DNA of 64,000 bases from Octopus vulgaris (lineage: Eukaryota): positions 37,634,001 to 37,698,000 of the forward strand of contig OX597831.1 in assembly GCA_951406725.2 (NCBI GenBank). Reading direction: 5' to 3'. Numbering within the stretch: the first letter of the stretch is position 1; each line of letters starts with the position of its first letter. The notes under the pieces are model-generated. The model worked only from the letters and a program-made list of their open reading frames with translations. It was not told the origin of the DNA and made no database searches. A program made the translations under genes and the position numbers. Positions 56,838 to 64,000 of the stretch are shown one piece after another.

Positions 56838-57048
56838 GTATATGTATAAGTGAGAGTCTCCTTATTTACCTAAAACTCTATTTTTCTATTTATTCTTTTA
56901 TTTATTCTTTTATCTACTTTACCACCGATTCCTTTGACCACTCCCCTAAGATTGATAGTTTGCGCCATGCCTACCCCAAAAAGTCCCCCACCACCACCCC
57001 TTTAAACCTGCCTAAATGTATAAATGCCAAAACTACTCTTGTCACCTT

Positions 57049-57097
57049 GCTTCCTGATGATTTCTTTTGAATGAAACAGTTCTAGTCCTGTAGAAGC
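57049..57097 (+). ncRNA. Type I hammerhead, inverted pseudo-LTR (best preserved)
   Basis: gcttc-CTGATGA-t ttc tttt gaa t-GAAA cag ttctagtc ctg TA-gaagc; predicted cut after 57092. Confidence 0.8.
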
Positions 57098-57180
57098 TCC
57101 TTCTATAAAATAAATTAATTTACTCTGCTATGTATTGAGTACCTTATTTACTGTGGTTAACCCCAATTCAACCCGGGACC

Positions 57181-57236
<56 letters not shown>

Positions 57237-57443
57237 CAAATACACATAAGTATACATACATAAATATACCCACGTACATATAAACATATACATAATTATG
57301 CATATATAAACACATACATAAATATACATATGTACACACAATCACACACATAAATATATACACACGTATACATACAGGCACATACATACACATACATACA
57401 CGTACATACATATACATATCTACACATATACACATATATACAC

Positions 57444-57485
<42 letters not shown>

Positions 57486-58503
57486 TATTGTGTTTAGAAT
57501 ATGAGGCCTCTTGGACAACCATCCTTTATTATAGTCTCAAATCACATTGGGTAGATATAACCAAGACGAAATTTGTCGAATCGATCATATGTGTAATTTG
57601 AACCCTTGCCACCCACTATGTCTCTCTGATTTTGGTTGACGCCTACAATTAATTGAAATAATGCTGATGAAATACGCAACACCGACGCGGTAATTCAACG
57701 AATTATCATCGTCGATAAAGGCAGAGATCCACTTACTTTTACCTACGTAGGTAGTAGTGCATTTGTTTGATTCTGTGTATGTGCTAATAGTATTAGGTTA
57801 CATTTACAACATGGAAAACTCTTGTTTGTTTTCTAAAAGTAGCTGATATGTTCCAACAAGAGAAGCAGAGGTGTATTTAGAACAACAACAATAGAGCTAA
57901 CATCTGCGAATCTACTAACAATGCACCTTAAGTAAATTATATTCTTCCGACTGTTAAAGAGCTTAAAATAAATGGATTTACAGAACAGTAAAAGACTCTA
58001 TAATTGCTTTGTATGCGTCCTGTTGAGATGATTGATATATATTAACTTGTAACATCTTCTTCATATTCGGTTTTTCGTTTACCCTCCTGGGCCTGACAAC
58101 ATTTAGAGGAGGCTGGGTGGCAAATTAACAACTGTTGTTCATCGTAACATGACACACGTGAATCTAAATGCAAGTTTTTGCTAATGTAAAAGGATAATAA
58201 TATTATCGATTCTTAACCATAGTAGAGAATTTAAGTTCTATTTCTTGATAGTAAGCCTGCGGTAGAGAAACTTGCTTAATGTAAGAGCATCCTACGATGC
58301 ACCTTAGATGGATAAAATCCACAAGATATGAACAAAATTCACAGGAAATTCTTTATTGTTATATTTATTAAGTATGTAATCACTTGGAAATATACGTATG
58401 AAATAATATTTGTTGAAATTGCGTAAATTGTAAATGGTTAATTCATATCAGTCTCAGTAAGCGAAAAGTACGCATGTATAGCAAATGTTTTTGATTAATG
58501 CTT

Positions 58504-58891
58504 ATTCCCTTAGCACTCCGTCGGTTACGACGACGAGGGTTCCGGTTGATCCGAATCAACGGAACAGCCTGCTCGTGAAATTAATGTGTAAGTGGCTGAG
58601 CACTCCACAGACACGTGTACCCTTAACGTAGTTCTCGGGGATATTCAGCGTGACACAGAGAGTGACAAGGCCGGCTCTTTGAAATATAGGTACAACAGAA
58701 ACAGGAAGTAAGAGTGAGAGAAAGTTGTGGTGAAAGAGTACAGCCGGGATCACCACCATCCCCTGCCGGAGCCTCGTGGAGCTTTAGGTGTTTTCGCTCA
58801 ATAAACACTCACAACGCCCGGTCTGGGAATCGAAACCGCGATCCTATGACCGCGAGTCCGCTGCCCTAACCACTGGGCCATTGCGCCTCCT
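58504..58891 (-). mobile_element. SINE family A, full length
   Basis: TSD attaatgctt (58494, 58892). Confidence 0.95.
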
Positions 58892-59046
58892 ATTAATGCT
58901 TTTTATGCGCTAATCAACTACAGAAATAGCTGAGACTAAATATTAGAATTTGCATCAGAGTCTAATAAGCAGATAAAATTTACAATAGGGAAGAGGAAAA
59001 GAAAGCAGCCTTTTTATGGTAAATTGTGCGAGTAAATAGCTAATGT

Positions 59047-59354
59047 GTGGAGGCACATGGCCTAGTGGTTAGAGCAACGGACTCGCGGTCGAAGGATCGC
59101 GGGTTCGAATCTCGGATCGGGCAATGCGTGTGTGTTTATGAGCGAAACGCCTAAGCACCGCCCGGCCCCGGTAGAAGGTAATGGCGAACTTCTGCTGACT
59201 CTTTCGCCACAACTTTTTCTCACACTTTTCTCCTGCATCTTGCATCACACCTGCAATGGACCGGCGTCCCGTCCAGGTGGGGAACCTATATGCCAAGGAA
59301 ACCGGGAAACCCGAACCTAATGAGTCAGGCATGGCTCGAGAAGGAACACAAAAC
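59047..59354 (+). mobile_element. tRNA-SINE with family A-like head and different body (Meta/V-domain-like)
   Basis: Head gtggaggcacatggcctagtggttagagc...ggactcgcggtc; body cctgcaatggaccggcgtcccgtccagg...ggaaaccggg; TSD aaatagctaatgt (59034, 59355). Confidence 0.9.
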
Positions 59355-59454
59355 AAATAGCTAATGTAAATATGGAGAAACATATACATACACACACATC
59401 TTAACAAATTTACTTATTGCAAATTATATTCATCGTAATATTTCTATTACAGAA

Positions 59455-59665
59455 AAGGCAGCGAGTTGGCAGAATCGTTAGCATGTCGGGTGAAATTCTG
59501 AGCAGCATTCCGTCCACCTTCGTGTTCTGAGTTCAAGTTCCACCGAGATCGAGTTTGCCTTTCATTATTTCGGGTCGATAAAATTAATACCAGTTGAATA
59601 ATGGGTCAATGTAATCGACTTACATCTTCCCGGAAATTCCTGGTCTTGCGCCAAAATTCGAAACT
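59455..59665 (+). mobile_element. SINE family C monomer
   Basis: aaggcagcgagttggcagaatcgttagc...ttctgagttcaa...gtaatcgactt. Confidence 0.75.
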
Positions 59666-59699
59666 ATTATTTCAATGATGAAAAGATTTTTCTGATGTA

Positions 59700-60310
59700 A
59701 GCACAGCCAACAACTTTCAGAGGAGGGTGACTAGTAGATAACCTTTCTTGAATGAGAGAACAGAAAATTATGGTTGTCCTCTAGATGACATTTCTCAGCC
59801 GTTTGGATTACTACTCCCAACTATGGTCACCACACAGTATAAAATTAACGACAGAACTCAAAGCAATCCACCAAGATACACAAAAGAATATCGTCTCAAT
59901 GCGGTATCTCAGATCTTTGAAGAAACTGAAAAAGTTCAGACTCTACTCGCTAGAACGACGGCGGGAAGGTTATGCAGTAATATACATCTGAAAGTCGTAG
60001 ACGAACCTGTAACTAAATTTGGCATTCTAAGTTATACAGATAACAGAACGGGCTGTCTCTGCAGAGTATTAAAATCCCCAACATCTCCATCACGATACAG
60101 GATCAGATCCTGCAATAACTTGGGTTTGAAAAGTCTACAAAAGTCTACAACTCTTCAATATGCTCCTCAATGTCTGAGGAATTTACAGGGTTTGGGTGTA
60201 GGCGGCTTCAAAACATTTTCTGGATCTCCTCTTCTCAAGAGTTCCGTGTGAACCTACCTCGCGGTAAGAAACGCAGATGAGGGCAGTAACATGAGACTCT
60301 CTCATTTAAC
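59700..60310 (+). pseudogene. CR1/L2-type LINE ORF2 C-terminal fragment
   Basis: SRLDYYSQLWSPH...LYSLERRREGYAVIYI*K. Confidence 0.8.
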
Positions 60311-60791
60311 AAATATCCCATATAAGAGGAAATTAAATGAAAGTGTAGCCAAGTTAAGGACGGTATCCCAACATGGCTGCAGCTCTCGAGCTGAAATTAG
60401 TGAAGAAAAAACAAAGAAAATAAAGAACATATATCTATATACAGAGAGAGAGAGAGAGAGGGAGAGGTGACGAGAGGGAAAGATTATGAGTGAGAAAGAG
60501 GAATTTTCCCTATATCTGGACTGGTACTTTATGGATCACTTCCTAAAGATGAGGAAATGGGCGAATTTGAAACATCCCCACGGGATTTGAGCTTAGTAAG
60601 CAAAGAACTGGTACAAATACCGCAAGACCATTCAATCCGGCGTTTAACTGCCACAAATGCAACGCCTTACTGGGTATAGAACACATGATTTGAATATATA
60701 AAGTAGCATTACCTACCTGGTCGTATTATCTACTTGAAATAGCAGCCTGATTTTCTACCAAGGAGACATTAGATACTATGTATATAGGGAT

Positions 60792-61175
60792 GGAAGCACT
60801 CCGTCAGTTACGACGACGAGGGTTCCGGTTGATCCGAATCAACGGAACAGCCTGCTCGTGAAATTAACGTGTAAGTGGCTGAGCACTCCACAGATACGTG
60901 TACCCTTAACGCAGTTCTCGGGGATATTCAGCGTGACACAGAGAGTGACAAGGCCGGCCCTTTGAAATACAGGCACAACAGAAACAGGAAGTAAAAGTGA
61001 GAGAAAGTTGTGGTGAAAGAGTACAGCAGGGATCACCACCATCCCCTGCCGGAGCTTCGTGGAGCTTTAGGTGTTTTCGCTCAATAAACACTCACAACGC
61101 CCGGTCTGGGAATCGAAACCGCGATCCTATGACCGCGAGTCCGCTGCCCTAACCACTGGGCCATTGCGCCTCCAC
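60792..61175 (-). mobile_element. SINE family A, full length
   Basis: Perfect TSD tgtatatagggat (60779, 61176). Confidence 0.95.
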
Positions 61176-61814
61176 TGTATATAGGGATACACACAACACC
61201 TGAACAAAATACAACGCGGTGAATGCTTTAATGATATTTAATGGTAGCGCGTTTGATCAATCAGGTATGACCGAGGGCTAAAACAACAACATAAATATCA
61301 AAGTCAAAATGTGTACAGAGGAAATACGATATCTACCTCACAAGATACAGTGATAAGAGAATATGGTCATCAGAGATAAAACTTAGAGCGATGGAATCAT
61401 GGAATTGCATCGATCAAAATTAAGAGATATCGAAGTATTTGTATCGGTATTTAAAGAGAAGTAATAAACGCACGAGTCAACAGGCCTTCCGAATCCAGAT
61501 CCAATGCATGCAAACTGGAATTCATTACCGAGTGATAACGTCAAATCAAAGAAAGACGACAAATAAATGAGGAATAAATTCGACGGATAGCGGTATGTCA
61601 TAAAATTTCATTGGATTGTCCAGTATTCTGAAAGGTCTCTTTGCAATTGAGTCAGCATTAGCGAGCTTTGCTTAGCGTCCATAAAGTAGCTACAGAGTAA
61701 ATCCTGTTCTATGCTCCGAGTGGTATTGATTTTTTTGTTGTTGTTGTTTAACCCTAGGTTTGCTCGGTTGAAGCTAACATAAAATCACAGGAATACTGGA
61801 CGCATTTAATTCTC

Positions 61815-61870
61815 ATATACAATGTATACTCGACTTTATTAACCAGCATCTTCAACATACATAGGTATAA

Positions 61871-61915
<45 letters not shown>

Positions 61916-62010
61916 TGTCTATATATATATATACATGTGTGTATATATGCATATCTGTATATATATATTTATATATGCATATGTATATATATATGCATGG
62001 GTATATATAA

Positions 62011-62041
<31 letters not shown>

Positions 62042-62143
62042 GTGTGTGTGTGTGTATGTGTATATATAAATAAATATATATATAAATATATATATATGCA
62101 TATATATATATATATATGTATATATTTATTTATATATACACAT

Positions 62144-62194
<51 letters not shown>

Positions 62195-62369
62195 TGCATA
62201 TATATATATACATATGCATATATAAATATATATATACAGATATGCATATATACACACATGTATATATATATATATATAGACATGCATATATATATATATA
62301 TATATATATATGCTTATACTTATGTATGTTGAAGATGCTGGTTAATAAAGTCGAGTATACATTGTATAT
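61815..62369. repeat. Near-perfect inverted repeat (about 55 bp unique ends plus mirrored microsatellite)
   Basis: caatgtatactcgactttattaaccagcatcttcaacatacata versus tatgtatgttgaagatgctggttaataaagtcgagtatacattg. Confidence 0.9.
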
Positions 62370-62509
62370 ATATATATACATTGTATATATATATATACAG
62401 ACATATGGTTAATGAGAGATGAAAGATACGAGAATTTTTTCTTAATCACAACAGTTATTTCGGCCCATCTTAAACAACTAGTTCAGTAGCATCCGATGGT
62501 GTAGATGTG

Positions 62510-62563
<54 letters not shown>

Positions 62564-63063
62564 TGTTGTGTATGTGGTCACTTATGCTTCCTCGCTCTTC
62601 TGAATATATTTCAGAAAAAACGATGGAAATGTCTTTTATTGGAATATCTTCTTTCTATGCAAACACTTGTTTCTGCTTTCTGGTACCTCATCAGCTTTGA
62701 GCAAACGCTTCTGAATGTATCAAGTTATTAAAAGATTGTATATAAAAATGATTGTTTTGTAATGAATGCGGTGATGAGGTAAGGAAGGAAAGGAGGAAAA
62801 AGAATAAGAATATAAAATAAATGTTTTTCCTTTTCCTTGTCAGTCTTTTCTTTCTTACTGTTTCTTTCAAATTTTGGCAGAGGGGCATTAATTTTGAGGG
62901 GTAGGGTTAGTGGATTACATTGAGTGATAGTTTATTTTTGTCTATCCTGAAAGAGGGGACGACAAAGTCTGCCTCTGAGCAATCAGAATTTAGAACGTAA
63001 AGGGCCGCTAATCATTTCGTCCCACGCGCTGACGATTCTCCAAACTGGTAGCCAAGCATTACT

Positions 63064-63291
63064 TACTCTTTTACTTGCTCCAGTCATTTGACTGCGGCCA
63101 GGCTGGAGCACCGCCTTTAGTCGAGCGAATCGACCCCAGGACGTATTCTTTGTAAGCCTAGTACTTATTCTACCGGGTCTTTTATCGAACCGCTATGTTA
63201 CGGAGGCGTAAATACACCAGCATCGGTTGTCAAGCGATGTTGGCGGGACAAACATAGACACAGAAACATATACACACACATAAACACACAA

Positions 63292-63360
<69 letters not shown>

Positions 63361-63524
63361 TACGACGGGCTTCTTTCAGTTTCCGTCTATGAAATCCACT
63401 CACAAGGCTTTGGTCGGCCCGAGGCTATAGTAGAAGACACTTGCCTAAGGTGCCACGCGGTGGGACTGAACCCGGAACCATGTTGTTGGTAAGCAAGCTA
63501 CTTAGCACGCAGCCACTCCTGCGC
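63064..63524 (-). mobile_element. SINE family B, full length
   Basis: Reverse complement of the family consensus. Confidence 0.9.
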
Positions 63525-63606
63525 TTTAGAAATAATATAACTCATATGGAATCTATTTTTAGAAACCCAAATAAAATTAGAATAAAAGTGAAACAACTTT
63601 AGCATA

Positions 63607-63990
63607 GACGCAGAAGTGGCTGTATGATAAGTACCTTGCTTACGAACCACAGTGTTCCGGGTTCAGTCCCACTGCGTGGCAACTTGGGCAAGTGTCTTCT
63701 ACTATAATCTCGGGCCCATCAAAGCCTTGTGAGTGGATTTGGTAGACGGAAACTGAAAGAAGCCCGTCGTATGTGTGTTTGTGTGTTTGTGTTAGTGTAT
63801 CTATATCTGTCCCCCAACATCACTTGGCAACCGATGCTAGTGTGTTTACGTCCTGTGACTTAGCAAAAGAGACCAATGGAATAAGTACTAGGCTTACAAA
63901 GTATATGTCGTGGGGACGATTTGCTCGATTAAAGACGGTGCTCCGGCATGGCCGCAGTCAAATGACTGAAACAAGTAAAAGAATAAAAGA
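63607..63990 (+). mobile_element. SINE family B, full length
   Basis: gaagtggctgtatgataag...gggttcagtcccactgcgtggc...gactgaaacaagtaaaag. Confidence 0.9.
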
Positions 63991-64000
63991 ATGTGTAGAA

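Larger units (their letters stand above)
52276..57180 (-). mobile_element. 5'-truncated Penelope-like element with tandem 3' pseudo-LTRs and inverted 5' pseudo-LTR, in (TA)n
   Basis: Ends gggttaaccacagtaaataaggtactcaatac / gtattgagtaccttatttactgtggttaaccc; about 56509-57115 is an inverted copy of about 52955-53560; RT-EN remnant inside; three HHRs. Confidence 0.92.

Noticed and set aside
62660-62700. Minus strand CTGATGA...GAAA
   Set aside because: No stem I pairing; likely chance

Overview
AT-rich eukaryotic non-coding DNA, about one third (TA)n/(CA)n/(TATG)n and trinucleotide microsatellites. The SINE repertoire and microsatellite style suggest an Octopus genome (inference). No intact protein-coding gene is evident: most listed ORFs are microsatellite translations or transposon remnants. 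Content: three tRNA-derived SINE families (the young one with clean TSDs), three decayed Penelope-like elements (PLEs; one ~4.9 kb with RT + GIY-YIG and tandem plus inverted pseudo-LTRs), R4/Dong, RTE and CR1/L2-type LINE fragments, two Tc1/mariner remnants, a MITE and a non-autonomous Helitron. The most notable layer is RNA structure. About ten minimal type I hammerhead ribozyme (HHR) motifs can be folded by eye. Two unrelated repeats carry HHR strands in a non-circularly permuted order. One palindromic element joins a Pol III tRNA-like head to an HHR-bearing PLE-type tail, a candidate Penelope-mobilised SINE. All folds were done by eye and repeat boundaries without TSDs are approximate.
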